Shown in pieces: positions 38,265 through 50,200 of a stretch of 64,000 nucleotides of DNA; position 1 is the first letter of the stretch; each line of letters begins with the position of its first letter. Source of the stretch: Candidatus Parcubacteria bacterium. Lineage in GTDB: Bacteria; Patescibacteriota; Patescibacteriia; CAIXNZ01. The stretch covers positions 7,039-71,038 of the forward strand of contig JAPLYG010000012.1 in the NCBI GenBank assembly GCA_026395685.1, read 5' to 3'. Position numbers and translations under genes: made by a program. Below the pieces are notes generated by a model. That model worked only from the letters and a program-made list of their open reading frames with translations. It was not told the DNA's origin and searched no databases.

Positions 38265-40583
38265 TTGCTTCTTACTTCTTATTTCAAATTTAATAATATG
38301 AACAAGCTATCCAAAATTATTTTATTCTTATTATTGCTGGGGTTATTTTTGCCTTATTTGCCGGCTCAGGCAGCAGGAAATGCGATTTTTCGCCTGACCA
38401 GCGCCAAAACTGACTATTATGTCGGTGAAAATATTTATATTGATGTTATGGTTGAACCAAATGGCGAAAGCATTAATACCGTAAGATTAATTTCGGATTT
38501 TACAGGCGCCGATGTTTTAAATGTCTCTGATTTTAATTTGGGGACTGCATGGCCGACTCAAAGTCCCGGCAGGGAATTAAATAATACGACTGATCATATA
38601 AATGTCGGCGGATTTATTTTAGTTGAATCAATAAATGTAAATTCAAAATTTGGCACTTTAATTTTTAAGGCAAATCAGATTGGTACGTCCACAATTTCTG
38701 TGGCAACAGGTTCGCATTTGATTTCTCCGGATCAGATTGAAAGGTTAAATATCTTTGCTAGTCAAAATATCACCATCAATGTAATCGGTAATCCGCCTTT
38801 GCCGCCACCCCCACCACCGGCAAATCATGCTCCTGTTTTTTCTGCCATTGCTAATAAACAGATTAATTTGGGAGAAACTATTACTTTTCCAGTTTCAGCC
38901 ACTGATTCAGACAACGATTTGATAAATTTAAGCTGGACTATACCTAGTAGCGCAAATTTTAATAATGTAATCAATGATTCTGCTGCAGTCAGCGGTAATT
39001 TTTCCTGGACGCCTGCTTCGCAGGGTATATATACGGTAACTTTTACAGCTACTGACAATAATGTTGATGCCAAAACTTCAGTTTTGACTGTAGGTATTGG
39101 CGTCAATGTGCCTGCTCCTGCTCAAAATCATGCCCCTGTTTTCGAGCCAATCTTGGAAAAAACAGTCAATGCCGGTGAAATTTTAACTTTTACTGTTTCA
39201 GCTACTGATCCTGATGGCGATAATGTGACTTTGAGTTTGGAGCCATTAGAAACTGCCTCTTTAACTCCCATAACCTCGGGTATAACTTCTTCTTCACGTT
39301 TTAGCTGGACGCCTAAAAATTTTGGAATATATTATTTAGTTTTTAAAGCCAAGGATGATAATGCCGCTAGCCAGGAAAGCACGCAAACAGTGCGTATTAC
39401 AGTTTTTGGCGGTCAATGTCCTCCCTGTAGCAGCGGTGGCGGCGGTGGAGGCGCAACCTGTCCCATTCCCCAGTGTGAAAAACAGGATTTTAAAAAGCCT
39501 ATAAATAAGACTTTACCGGTTATTACTTCACCAACGCATCCCAGCCAGGAAATTTGGTATAGTAAAAATACGCCGCAATTTGTCTGGGAAGTTGCCGAAG
39601 AAAACTTAGGTTATGTTTTTAATATAGATCAAAATCCGCTTTCTGATCCGGCTATCGGCTATTTCTTTTCTCAGGATAAGGTTTTTTCTTTCAGCCAGGT
39701 AGCTGACGGCTTTTGGTATTTTCATTTAAAAGTAAAATACTCAGACGGCTATGGTCCGACTGCTCATTATCAGGTAAAAATTGACACCACGGCTCCGGAA
39801 TTTTTTCTGCCCAGTATAGAAGGCACTAAGCTATATTTTTCCGCTATAGATAAGCATTCTGGTCTAGCTTATTTTGAAATGAAGACTGATGACGGCAAAT
39901 GGCAAAAAATTCAGAGTCCATACACATTTACCAGCGAGGACCAAAATGCCAAGGTTATGACTTTGCGGGCTGTGGATAACAGCGGCAATGCGATTGAAGC
40001 CAGAATTGATTTGCCTAAAATGGAATTAATCAAGGAAGAACCCAAAAAGTATATTTTAAATCAGCCGAAATTTATAATAGAGCCGCTTATAATTGATAAA
40101 ATTGACTTTCCGGTGATTCGTGGCCGAGCCATGCCGAGCGCCAAAGTATTTTTATTCATTTCAACTGAGCCCCAAACAATAATTTATACCCTGGCTGATT
40201 ATCAGGGTAATTGGGTCGCTTATGCGGATAAAGAATTAGCGCCGGCGAAATATAGCATTTACGGCATTGCTAACTTAAATTTTACTGACTCTCCTCCTTC
40301 GGAAAAAGTTTATTTCAGCATCACTAAAGAACAGCAAAAGTTTATTTTTCACTGGTCATCTACGTGGCCTTGGTGGATATTAATGCTTTTGGTGATAATT
40401 TCCGGCGCCGTTGCCATTTACTTGTTATTAAAAGTAAAAAAATATTATTTAACAAAAAGAATTTTTCGCAAGGCATATAAAATAGGCAAGCATGACGGTA
40501 AAATTATAGAAAAAATAAATGAAATCAAACAACAAAAAAATCAGCTCAAAAAAATTGCTGCCAAGAGTAAAAACAGGCGTTAA
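38265..40583 (+). CDS. Membrane-anchored surface protein with two cadherin-like (He_PIG-type) repeats
   Basis: Signal peptide. Poly-Pro linker (PLPPPPPPA), then NHAPVF...TFPVSATDSDND and NHAPVFEP...TFTVSATDPDGDNVTLS repeats. A Cys/Gly-rich segment (CPPCSSGGGGGGATCPIPQCE) follows. C-terminal TM plus Lys-rich tail. Confidence 0.55.
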   Translation: MLLTSYFKFNNMNKLSKIILFLLLLGLFLPYLPAQAAGNAIFRLTSAKTDYYVGENIYIDVMVEPNGESINTVRLISDFTGADVLNVSDFNLGTAWPTQSPGRELNNTTDHINVGGFILVESINVNSKFGTLIFKANQIGTSTISVATGSHLISPDQIERLNIFASQNITINVIGNPPLPPPPPPANHAPVFSAIANKQINLGETITFPVSATDSDNDLINLSWTIPSSANFNNVINDSAAVSGNFSWTPASQGIYTVTFTATDNNVDAKTSVLTVGIGVNVPAPAQNHAPVFEPILEKTVNAGEILTFTVSATDPDGDNVTLSLEPLETASLTPITSGITSSSRFSWTPKNFGIYYLVFKAKDDNAASQESTQTVRITVFGGQCPPCSSGGGGGGATCPIPQCEKQDFKKPINKTLPVITSPTHPSQEIWYSKNTPQFVWEVAEENLGYVFNIDQNPLSDPAIGYFFSQDKVFSFSQVADGFWYFHLKVKYSDGYGPTAHYQVKIDTTAPEFFLPSIEGTKLYFSAIDKHSGLAYFEMKTDDGKWQKIQSPYTFTSEDQNAKVMTLRAVDNSGNAIEARIDLPKMELIKEEPKKYILNQPKFIIEPLIIDKIDFPVIRGRAMPSAKVFLFISTEPQTIIYTLADYQGNWVAYADKELAPAKYSIYGIANLNFTDSPPSEKVYFSITKEQQKFIFHWSSTWPWWILMLLVIISGAVAIYLLLKVKKYYLTKRIFRKAYKIGKHDGKIIEKINEIKQQKNQLKKIAAKSKNRR

Positions 40584-41268
40584 AATTTTGGTTTTAGCAA
40601 TTGTATTAACATTGTCTAAGGAAACCATTGCCGGCATGGCCAGTGATAATTATCGGATTTGGGTGGATACTTTTGATGCTGCAGGCGGAGCAACCAATAC
40701 TAGTGGTTTTAAGATCAATTCAAATTTATCTGATTTTAATGCTACGCAAAGTCAAAGCTCTAATTTTAGCCAAAAAATAGCTTTTTCTGGCATTTTGGAT
40801 GAGCCTACAGTCGGCTTTAACGTACAATCCGTAACCTTGGATTTTGGTCTTCTGTCAACCAATTCAACAAAATATGCTGTCCATACTTTTTCTGCGTTTA
40901 CCAATGCCCAAGAAGGCTATACAATTAAAATTTATGGCGATCCTTTGAAATCAAATGATTATATAATTCAGGAAATAGGCACTACAGCTTCGGCACCGAC
41001 TTTAGGCACTGAGCAATTTGGTATTAATTTAATGTTAAACAGCACTCCTTCAGCAGGCGCAAATCCTACCGGCGGCATTGGCCAGGCAGCAGTCAATTAC
41101 AACCAGGCTAATAAGTTTGCTTATCATGCCGGTGAAACTATTGCTTATGCTGAAAGCTATTCTTATCAAACCGATTATACCGTCACTGCAATTGTAAATA
41201 TTGCCGATGACACGCCGGCGGGAGCTTATACTACAATCTTGACTTATGAATTTATTCCGGTCTTTTGA
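40519..41268 (+). CDS. Small secreted paralog carrying the cluster C-terminal domain
   Basis: Ends DDTPAGAYTTILTYEFIPVF and carries the shared domain. Start is uncertain (overlaps the upstream gene; an alternative ATG lies at 40638). Confidence 0.45.
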   Translation: MKSNNKKISSKKLLPRVKTGVKILVLAIVLTLSKETIAGMASDNYRIWVDTFDAAGGATNTSGFKINSNLSDFNATQSQSSNFSQKIAFSGILDEPTVGFNVQSVTLDFGLLSTNSTKYAVHTFSAFTNAQEGYTIKIYGDPLKSNDYIIQEIGTTASAPTLGTEQFGINLMLNSTPSAGANPTGGIGQAAVNYNQANKFAYHAGETIAYAESYSYQTDYTVTAIVNIADDTPAGAYTTILTYEFIPVF

Positions 41269-41474
41269 GCCTAATTATCAGGCAAATCAATTTTGAAAAG
41301 TTTTGAGATTTGTTCGGGGTAAAGTTATCCACAGTTTTTATGTGCTAAGATAAAGTAATTTTTTAAATTATGGTATAATATAAACAGATATAGAAAGATT
41401 GGGGACAACTAGAATTTTTTTAAATATAAATCAATAATATATATTGATAATTAAAATTAATCTTAATACAAATT

Positions 41475-42578
41475 ATGAACAAATTCTTGAAAGTTGTAGG
41501 TATCTGGTCAATAGTTGCCATTGTATTTTCAATGAGCTTATTGGCTCCCATGCAAACTCAAGCTGCCGGCCAGCTGGGGTTGATTTCTGTTTTGCTAAAA
41601 GCAACAGACAGTGAAACAGGCAATAATGTATATGCAGTTAGCAGCCAGGTGCCATATACTTTTGTTAAATTTACGCCTATTGCCGATTTAGAGATTGATG
41701 ACGGTATTAAAGTTACTTTTACAAGCTTTACTGATTCGGTAGAAACTGCTGATGTGACTGTAACTCAAAATGCTGAAAGTTTAACTAAGACTGTTGTTGC
41801 TTCAGGGGGAAGTGGTGTCATACAAATTGAAATGGACTCGGCGACTACTGGCTCAAAAGTTAGTCCTGTTACTGTAAAAATCACCGGCGATGCAACAGAT
41901 TTAGTTACTCCGGGAAGTGCAAATACTTACACTGTTAACATTGAGGTTTATGATTTAGGAGCGGATGCTCATTTCGGTGGCGGTGATGATGTCTTACAGG
42001 ATAGCGGTGCGGCCGGTGTTATTATAGGCACTGCTGCTGGTTATCAAATCGGTATTACAGGTACAGTTGATCCGACTTTATCTATGGCTTTGACTCAGAT
42101 CGGCAATGATACTCCTACTTCAACCTGCGCTTTGGGAACTCTTACCAAAGATTTTGTAGAAACCTGCGGTTATGATGCTAAGATTTCTACCAATGCTACC
42201 GGCGGCTATACAGCGTATATCAGGGCAGGGGGCGGATTAATGAGCGGTGCTAATGAAATTGACAAAGTAGCTGAAGGAGATGATATTGATTTCGGAGTCG
42301 AAGAATATGGAATATCATCAAGTGATACAGGTACTGATATAATCAATAATAACTCGGGAACAAGTTGCACTCTTTTAGATCACACTACTACGCCAGCGAT
42401 GCCCGCAGATCCATTGACTAATGGCGGTGGTTTATATGTAGATAGATCATTTGCTTCTTCTACAGGCACGGCTTCTAATGAAAGGACAACAGTCTGTCAT
42501 GCAGCTGGTATTACAGCTGTTACTCCGGCAGGCAATTATACCCAGACTGTAACTATCACTATTGTCGGCAATTTTTAA
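41475..42578 (+). CDS. Secreted paralog with the cluster C-terminal domain
   Basis: VDPTLSMAL...C...CGY...STNATGGYTAYIR...EYGISSS...CHAAGITAVTPAGNYTQTVTITIVGNF. Confidence 0.6.
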   Translation: MNKFLKVVGIWSIVAIVFSMSLLAPMQTQAAGQLGLISVLLKATDSETGNNVYAVSSQVPYTFVKFTPIADLEIDDGIKVTFTSFTDSVETADVTVTQNAESLTKTVVASGGSGVIQIEMDSATTGSKVSPVTVKITGDATDLVTPGSANTYTVNIEVYDLGADAHFGGGDDVLQDSGAAGVIIGTAAGYQIGITGTVDPTLSMALTQIGNDTPTSTCALGTLTKDFVETCGYDAKISTNATGGYTAYIRAGGGLMSGANEIDKVAEGDDIDFGVEEYGISSSDTGTDIINNNSGTSCTLLDHTTTPAMPADPLTNGGGLYVDRSFASSTGTASNERTTVCHAAGITAVTPAGNYTQTVTITIVGNF

Positions 42579-42620
42579 AAATAAATAATTAATATAAAAA
42601 TAATAATTAAAAGGGGTAAT

Positions 42621-43619
42621 ATGAAAACAAAAAAATTTTTATTGCTGGCTGTAGTAATGCTGATTTGCGGATTAGCAATTCCTTTTGCCAGTAATGCCGT
42701 TACTGTTTCACCTCCAATTTTGGAGATTGAAGCAGCTAAAGGCCAGGTAATAACACAGTCAATTAAAGTTCGCAATGAAAGTTCTGATTTGGTTACTTAT
42801 TATTTGACATCTCAAAAATTTATTGCCGCCGGTGAAGGCGGAGCGCCGCAATTTGTGGAAGGAAAAGTGGAAGATGTTGACCTGGCATCCTGGATCAAGT
42901 TCCAGTATGACAGTATTAGTATCCCAGGCGGTCAGACAGTAGAAGTGCCTTTTACTATTGTTGTTCCTGAATTTGCCGGTCCGGGTGGTCATTATGCAGC
43001 TATATTTTTAAGCACTTTTCCGCCAGATGCAAAAGCTAATACTTCTCAAGTATCTATTGCCAGCAGAATCGGCACTTTGGTGCTCGTCAAAATTGCAGGC
43101 GAAGTGAAAGAATCAGCTGAATTATCAGAGTTTACAGCTGCTAAATCATATTCTTCCTTACCGGTAACTTTTGGAATCAGAGTAAAAAACATAGGTAATG
43201 TTCACGTGAAGCCAGTAGGATCAATCGTTATTAAGAATATGTTCGGTTCAGTCGCCGGCAATGTGATAGTCAATGAAGAAAGCGGAAACGTTTTGCCGGA
43301 TTCAATCAGAAAGTATGAAGCAAGCTGGGTGAAAAATCCAAATGCAGTCGGGGCTACGACATTCTGGGGAAAATATCGGGAAGAAAAGGAAAATTATGCT
43401 TTTGGCAAATATACCGCTGATTTAATGCTTTCTTATGGCACTGCAGGTAAACCTTTGCAGGCATCTGTAAGTTTCTTGGTCATTCCTTGGCATGTAATCT
43501 TAGTCAATTTGGTACTGATCATCATCGTTGTTATTATAATTTACTTATTAGTCAAGAGATATAATGCCTGGTTGATTACTAAATACGGCAAAAAACAAGA
43601 AAAGAAAGCTAAGAAATAA
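42621..43619 (+). CDS. CscA/DUF916-like surface protein (signal peptide, Ig-like beta-sandwich, C-terminal TM anchor with a basic tail)
   Basis: VTVSPPILEIEAAKGQVITQSIKVRNESSDLVTYYL (chaperone/DUF916-like N-domain pattern). C-terminal VILVNLVLIIIVVIIIYLLVKRYNAWLITKYGKKQEKKAKK. Confidence 0.45.
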   Translation: MKTKKFLLLAVVMLICGLAIPFASNAVTVSPPILEIEAAKGQVITQSIKVRNESSDLVTYYLTSQKFIAAGEGGAPQFVEGKVEDVDLASWIKFQYDSISIPGGQTVEVPFTIVVPEFAGPGGHYAAIFLSTFPPDAKANTSQVSIASRIGTLVLVKIAGEVKESAELSEFTAAKSYSSLPVTFGIRVKNIGNVHVKPVGSIVIKNMFGSVAGNVIVNEESGNVLPDSIRKYEASWVKNPNAVGATTFWGKYREEKENYAFGKYTADLMLSYGTAGKPLQASVSFLVIPWHVILVNLVLIIIVVIIIYLLVKRYNAWLITKYGKKQEKKAKK

Positions 43620-43734
43620 AGTGCAATTTGAAATTTTATTGTAATTGAATAAGAACATTTACAAAGAGGGACTGTGTGGAATCATGGTCCCTCTTTAAGT
43701 AATAAGCTATTAGTTTCATTATAAAAGTAAAGCA

Positions 43735-44145
43735 ATGAAAAAAATAATTAACATTATAATAGTGGCTGTTTTTTTGAATTTTTTTATGCTTTCTTTTGGC
43801 TATGGTCAGCAAAATGGGGTTGGTGTCGTGGGCATCGTGCCGGAAACTGATTTAAATAAAAATGTAAGACAGCTGGATGTGCAAACACCAGAAAATAGAC
43901 CAATTTTTAAGGAAAATAAATATTTATATTTTTTTGAAAAAGCACTGGGTTTAAGCCAGGAGACTGTAACAGATTCAGGAATGAATATAGAAACAAGGCA
44001 GACTGCCTATGACCAAACAGCAAGCAAATTGCTGCTCTGGGGCTTGCTTTTGATTATGGCGGTTCTGATTTGGATTATATTGAGCATTATAGATAGATTT
44101 ATTTTCAAACAGCAAAAGCATTATAAACATGCTCATGGATTGTAA
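43735..44145 (+). CDS. Small membrane protein (signal peptide + C-terminal TM)
   Basis: Hydrophobic termini. Lies within the surface cluster. Confidence 0.4.
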   Translation: MKKIINIIIVAVFLNFFMLSFGYGQQNGVGVVGIVPETDLNKNVRQLDVQTPENRPIFKENKYLYFFEKALGLSQETVTDSGMNIETRQTAYDQTASKLLLWGLLLIMAVLIWIILSIIDRFIFKQQKHYKHAHGL

Positions 44146-44190
44146 AATTTAGCGAAGTTAATAAGCGGAATAAGACAGGCAAGATAAAAT

Positions 44191-45225
44191 ATGAAAAAAA
44201 AACATCAACATAATATAATCATTCTCGTATGTATTTTATTGTCAGCTTTTCTTTTCCATCAGGCAAATGCAGGTCTGGTCAGTAATTTTAGTGACCAGTT
44301 AAGCAGGCTGGCAATCTCCACTAGCTCAAATCATACGCTTAATTTTACCATTTCATCTGATTTTTCCGCGGGAAAAACTCTGGAGCTGTATTTTGAATCC
44401 GGTTTTGATTTGAGTGATATTGATTATACTGACATAGATTTTAAGGATGACGGTGAAAATAAGAATTTGGGTGAAACTCCCGGAAACGGCGTCGGCAGTA
44501 ATATTGGTATTTCTGTTTCGGGCCAGACTATTATTTTTATTCAAAATGACACTGATTCTATTTCTGCGTCATCAGTCATAACCATTTTAATCGGCTTAAA
44601 TGCCAATCATCAGTTGCTAGGCACCATGCAGATGATTAATCCTGATCTGGGGGGAATATATAAAATCAGTTTAGCTGGCAATTTCGGCGATATGGGGACA
44701 ATCTCAGTACAGATTTTAAGTACTGACGGCGTCGGATTAAATGCTTCTATTGAGCCGGCAATGTCATTTAGCATCAGGAATTCTGAAGATTCGGAAAATT
44801 TTAGCGGTTGCAGTTTTAATAATCCATCAATCAGTTCTGTCAGTGAATGCAGCTTCAGGTTGGCAGCAGAAACTAATGTTTCTTCTGGTTTTCAGGTATG
44901 GTTACGTTCCGACGGAGATTTGCGCAATATTAACGGTACAATCGCCAAAGTTATTGAAGACCAGGAAATTACTGCCGGCAATGAGGCATTTGGACTGGCT
45001 TTACAATCCGGAACAGGTATAAATGAAGCAGGCGATTTTACTGACGATGAAACCCCAGTTTCATCCACAGATTCACTTTTAATTTATACAAATTCAGTGT
45101 ATAATTATATACAGGGGGAGTTATCCACAACCTCTATAATTACACTTAAATTAGCGATTTCACATACTACCAAGGCAGGTCATTACAGTCAAGCGTTTAT
45201 TTTTACATTATTGCCAAATTATTAA
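44191..45225 (+). CDS. Secreted paralog with the cluster C-terminal domain (divergent)
   Basis: IEPAMSFSIR...C...C...SSGFQVWLRSDG...EAFGLALQ...TKAGHYSQAFIFTLLPNY. Confidence 0.5.
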   Translation: MKKKHQHNIIILVCILLSAFLFHQANAGLVSNFSDQLSRLAISTSSNHTLNFTISSDFSAGKTLELYFESGFDLSDIDYTDIDFKDDGENKNLGETPGNGVGSNIGISVSGQTIIFIQNDTDSISASSVITILIGLNANHQLLGTMQMINPDLGGIYKISLAGNFGDMGTISVQILSTDGVGLNASIEPAMSFSIRNSEDSENFSGCSFNNPSISSVSECSFRLAAETNVSSGFQVWLRSDGDLRNINGTIAKVIEDQEITAGNEAFGLALQSGTGINEAGDFTDDETPVSSTDSLLIYTNSVYNYIQGELSTTSIITLKLAISHTTKAGHYSQAFIFTLLPNY

Positions 45226-45263
45226 ATAATTAATTCAGATATTTTATTCATTTTTTTTATTTT

Positions 45264-47060
45264 ATGATAAAAAATAAACAAAAATTTTTGGCGCTGTTCG
45301 TAGTTTTAGTTTTGCTAAGTTCATTTTTGGGTTCTGTCCCAAAGCAGGCACAAGCTGCCAGTCTCATTTCTCACTGGGAGTTTAATGGCAGTACGGCAGA
45401 TTCAGCAGGTACAAATAACGGGACATTGGAGGGCAGTGCTAGTGTAGCAAATAATTATTTAGATGTTGTTAGTTCAACTGCTGATTATGTTTCAGTCCCT
45501 GATGATGACAGCTTGAGTTTTGTATCCGGAGGAGTTGACCAGGCATTTTCAGTTTCCACTTGGGCAAAGCTGGATCCGGCAGGCAGCTTGTCTTTTCTCA
45601 AGAAAGGAAATATTGATGATTCAAATTTAGAATATCAATTTTCTTATAATTATTTGGGTAATGTGGAGCTTCTACTTTATGATGATAGTCATACTCCTGG
45701 TAATTATATAAGTATTCAATATGCTTTGGGGAATGATTACACAATGGACTACTTGAGTGAACACTGGATGCTTTTAACAGCTACTTATGACGGAGGAGGA
45801 GCAAGTGCCGTACTTAATTTATATGTCAATGGTTCTGTGGTAGATGCATTTAGCAGCGGAAGTAATTATGATAAAATGGCAAATGGAAATGGAATTCTGA
45901 AAATTGGTTCTGCGTCAGATGGAAATATTGATGATTTGAGAATTTATTCCGGAGAATTAACTGCTAATGAGGTGAGCACGCTTTTTTCCAGCCAGGCAAG
46001 TGACTTTCGCAGCACTTCAATTGCGACGCAGTTTTTGGATGCAGATGGCAACAATGTAGTAGCAGTTAGTACACCTGTAAACACTGCAAAAGTAATATTT
46101 TCTCCTCAAAATGAATTAAATAATAGTGATGGAGTTTTAATTAATTTCCAGTCAGATTTTGCTTTAGGCACTATTGATGACAGTTCAGTTGCGATAAGTC
46201 AGATGCATACAACAACTGATCTTACAGTTGAAACAGACGGTATAGACAAAAGCGGGCAAAATGTCAGGATAATTCTTGATGATACGGCCGGCGCTGGTGA
46301 TCGCAAGTCAGAACAGGTTACAGTTACGATTACTGACGCCATAACTACGCCGAGTGCTGGTACGTACATCATTATAGCTGAAACTTATGATTTGGGCAGT
46401 GATAATGCCTGGGGTGGGGTAGGAGGAGCGGCTGATACTTTAGAAGGTACAGCTTCAGCAGCAGCTTTTTTTGGTGATTATATAGTCAATATTAGCGGTT
46501 CAGTTGATCCGACATTAACCCTGACTTTGGCCAATTGGACTGATGCTAATGGTGATGTTGCTACCGCAAATACCTGTAATTTAAGTCCAGCTGCAAGATC
46601 TTTAACAAGCGCTGCGATTAATTTGTGCGGATATACTGCTAGCATATCTACAAATGCAACTTCCGGTTATATTGCCTATATTCGTGATAGCGGAGATTTT
46701 TCTTCCGGCAGTGATGTTTTGGCAGATGCGACAGGAACAGCTTCAATGAGCGCAAATCCAGCGGATGCTATTTATGGTGTGGCAACTGATTTTGCAGGTG
46801 GCGGCGTAGCCATTCAGTTTATAAATGATGTAGACGGTGATACTTTTAGAAATACGGGTGATCTTTATGCTATTATAACGAATGGTAATCGCTCCGGAGT
46901 CAATGCTAGTGGTATTACCGAAACTGATCAAAGCTTTGCCAAAAGCACTGAACCTGCGGATGATACTATTGTTTTAGGCCATATGGCAGCCATTGCCGGT
47001 GATACTCCGGCTGGAACATATAGTACGACTACTGTGATTACAGCCGTGGGAAATTTTTAA
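45264..47060 (+). CDS. Secreted protein: N-terminal LamG-like (Laminin_G_3) domain plus the cluster C-terminal domain
   Basis: LamG hallmark IDDLRIYSGELTANEVSTLF. C-terminal VDPTLTLTL...C...CGY...STNATSGYIAYIR...TPAGTYSTTTVITAVGNF. Confidence 0.6.
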   Translation: MIKNKQKFLALFVVLVLLSSFLGSVPKQAQAASLISHWEFNGSTADSAGTNNGTLEGSASVANNYLDVVSSTADYVSVPDDDSLSFVSGGVDQAFSVSTWAKLDPAGSLSFLKKGNIDDSNLEYQFSYNYLGNVELLLYDDSHTPGNYISIQYALGNDYTMDYLSEHWMLLTATYDGGGASAVLNLYVNGSVVDAFSSGSNYDKMANGNGILKIGSASDGNIDDLRIYSGELTANEVSTLFSSQASDFRSTSIATQFLDADGNNVVAVSTPVNTAKVIFSPQNELNNSDGVLINFQSDFALGTIDDSSVAISQMHTTTDLTVETDGIDKSGQNVRIILDDTAGAGDRKSEQVTVTITDAITTPSAGTYIIIAETYDLGSDNAWGGVGGAADTLEGTASAAAFFGDYIVNISGSVDPTLTLTLANWTDANGDVATANTCNLSPAARSLTSAAINLCGYTASISTNATSGYIAYIRDSGDFSSGSDVLADATGTASMSANPADAIYGVATDFAGGGVAIQFINDVDGDTFRNTGDLYAIITNGNRSGVNASGITETDQSFAKSTEPADDTIVLGHMAAIAGDTPAGTYSTTTVITAVGNF

Positions 47061-47208
47061 CTATATTGCTTACATAATGATAAAAAGACTCTGTTAAATG
47101 CAGGGTCTTTTAGGTTAGTAAAAAATAATAAAAGTTATTCACAATATAAGGCAAAATCAGGTCAAAATCGCTACAAAAATATTTAAAAAAGTGGTATAAT
47201 AAAATTAG

Positions 47209-50200
47209 ATGAAAAAGGCTAATTCTAAGACAATTATAGTAAAAGTTTCGTTTTGGCAGAAAATCAAGGGAGTATTAGTCCAGATGAAAAATCCTTGGGC
47301 TATTTTTGGTATTATTTTGGCTATTGGGGTGATTACTGCTGTTATAATTATATTTTGGTATTCTAATTATAAAGATTATATCATTGCAGGCGATGGTATT
47401 CGCGATACCATGACTTATCAGGGTAAATTAGTCAATGCTGATGGCGTTCCGCCTCCGGATGGTGATTATAGCCTGCAGTTTAAAATTTATGATTCATTAA
47501 CCAACGGTAATTTACTTTGGACTGAAATTTGGGATGGGGATGTTCACGTTGAACAGCCAGGTGCTTTGAAGGTTTCTGTCAGCGATGGAGTTTTTACCGT
47601 GGAATTAAATTCATTATGCGAAAGCTGGGCAGGTGATTGCGCTGAAACAGTTGATTATGGCGGGGGTAAGGTAATTACAGGTGTGACTTTTGATCAGGAC
47701 AGCTATTATTTACAGGTTGAACTTGATTATGCTGATGACGGTACTTTTGAGGAAATATTTTCACCGCGTAAAAGGTTTACTGCCACGCCTTATTCAATGA
47801 ACGCTGATAAACTTGACGGTAAAGATTCTACTGATTTTGTGGCCAAATCAGGCGGCGCAAATGCGCTTATGACCGGCAGTTTAACCACCACCAATGTTAT
47901 TGACAGCTCTTTGGTGACATATCAGCAGTTTGGTGAAACGGAGATTATTAGTGATACAGCCTATACCCATGATAGTGGCCCGAATAATTTGTCTGTAAAA
48001 TTGGTGAGTTCATATATTAGCGATGGCTACTTAGGTTTTAGAGGCAATCCTGAATATGCCCAAATAGATGATAATGATTTGCTGAGTTTTGGCACTGGCA
48101 GTGCTGATACGCCCTTTACTATTTCCGCCTGGGTTTTGGGCGCGGATATGAAAGATTTCATTATTGCCAGCAAGGGCATATATAACACCAGCGGTGAATA
48201 CAAATTTTTTATTGATGATAATTATAAATTGAGCGCACAGCTTTTTGACGAGAGTGTTGCCAATGCATATATCGGCCGAATGTATAATGCATCTTCCTTG
48301 GAAGGATTGGCAAATAGCTGGAACCATTTTGTCTTTACATATAATGGCAATGGCCAATCATCAGGCATAAAATTATATATTAACGGTGATCGTGTGGATG
48401 ATGAAAATAAACAAAATGGATCATATGTAGCCATGGAAACTTTGTCAGCTAATTTGATTATAGGACGTTATGATACTACATATTCTTTGGGTAAGATAGA
48501 TGATTATATGATTTATAGCCGGGAATTATCATTTGATGAAATTTTAAATTTATATAATGGGGTCCAGAATAAAGTTAATAAAAATAATTATAAGCTTAGT
48601 ACCTATTATCTTTCTTTGGATGGTTTAGCCAATGGTGTTTTTGATTCTGCAAATTTATATTATGATCCCAATTTCCAGCAGATTGTTTTTGATAGAAAAA
48701 TCTTTGTGCCGGATAATAAATCAGCAGCTGAAAATGAAAAAAATGACCGCGACTATACGCATTTTACAGATGCCAATAGAATATTAGCCTATGATTTTAG
48801 CATGCCAAATTCAGGCATATTGAATTTGGATGATATAACCGGCAATACTGACGGTAATAATGGGGGAGATACTACTTTTATCAATAATGGATTAGTGGGC
48901 TATGGCTATGCTTTGAATGCGGATGGAAGTTACATCAGCTTTAATGATCCCGGTATTAATACAACGACCGGTACTATAGAACTTTGGAGTAAATTAAATA
49001 ATATCTCCACTTCGGAAACAAATTATTTTGTTTACATGAGTGATACCGGCGGTGTTCAGCTGGCTTTTTGGAAACAGGATGCCGTCAATTTATATGTTAA
49101 GGTCGGTGATGCCACTGCAGTAGATACAACTTATGATTTTGTCGATAATAATTGGCATCATTTGGCTTTAACTTGGTCAGCAGGCGCTTATAAAGTATTT
49201 GTTGATGGTACGGCTGTTTATAATGCGGCTTATTCGACTTTAACGACCCCAACATCGTTATTTTTGGGTTATGGGAATATAGCCAGTACGTCATTAAATG
49301 GCAGTATGGACAGCGTGGCCATTTATAATGATGTCTTGACTGATGATGAAATTTTAAATCATGCTAAAAATGGCTTTTCAGGATTATATATTGATAATAC
49401 TTTAAACGACGGTGTAATCAGTACTAGTTTGGCAAACTTATTGGATAAATCATTCGGGGAAACTTTTGGCAATAAATTTGATCCATGTTATTTTCAATAT
49501 ACAGGACCCAAGAAATTATCTTTACCATTTTCTGAAGGTTATGGCTCTACAACTACCAGCGTTTCAAATAGTCAAGTAGCTACTCTTCATGGTTCTTCCT
49601 GGGTAAACAAAGGCTATAATGGCTCTGCTTTAAGTTTTGACGGGATAGATGATTATTTGGAAATGGAAGATAATTATGACTTAAATATTGATGTTTATGA
49701 TTTTGCCATTGAATTTTGGTTTAAAGGCAACGGCGTTTCAAATGCCGGCAAAAAAATAATTTCTAAGCGTTCGGGTGACACAGGATATGAGGTCTCTTTT
49801 GGCCCCGCAAAAGATAGCATAATATTTTTTCTTGGCGATGGCACTAATACTGTTACAGCGGTAGCTAATGGACCAAATAACATGTCTAGTGGGTCTTGGA
49901 ATCATGTCTTGATAAGTTTTGACCGCAGTGGCAATGCGGTAATGTATATCAATGCCTGGTCACAAGTAACAACTGATATTTCCTCATTAGACAGCTATAG
50001 CTTGAGCAATAGTGCTCCTTTATTCATCGGTAAAGATTCAACAGGAAATTATTTTAACGGAATATTGGATGGCGTAATTATTTATCATCTTTATGATGAT
50101 GGACAATCAGAAGCGCTTCCACAATTTAATATTTATGATTCTTACGCCCGTGTTTTTAATGCACCTGATATTCTGCTCCTTTTGGGAAGAAACTTGTCTA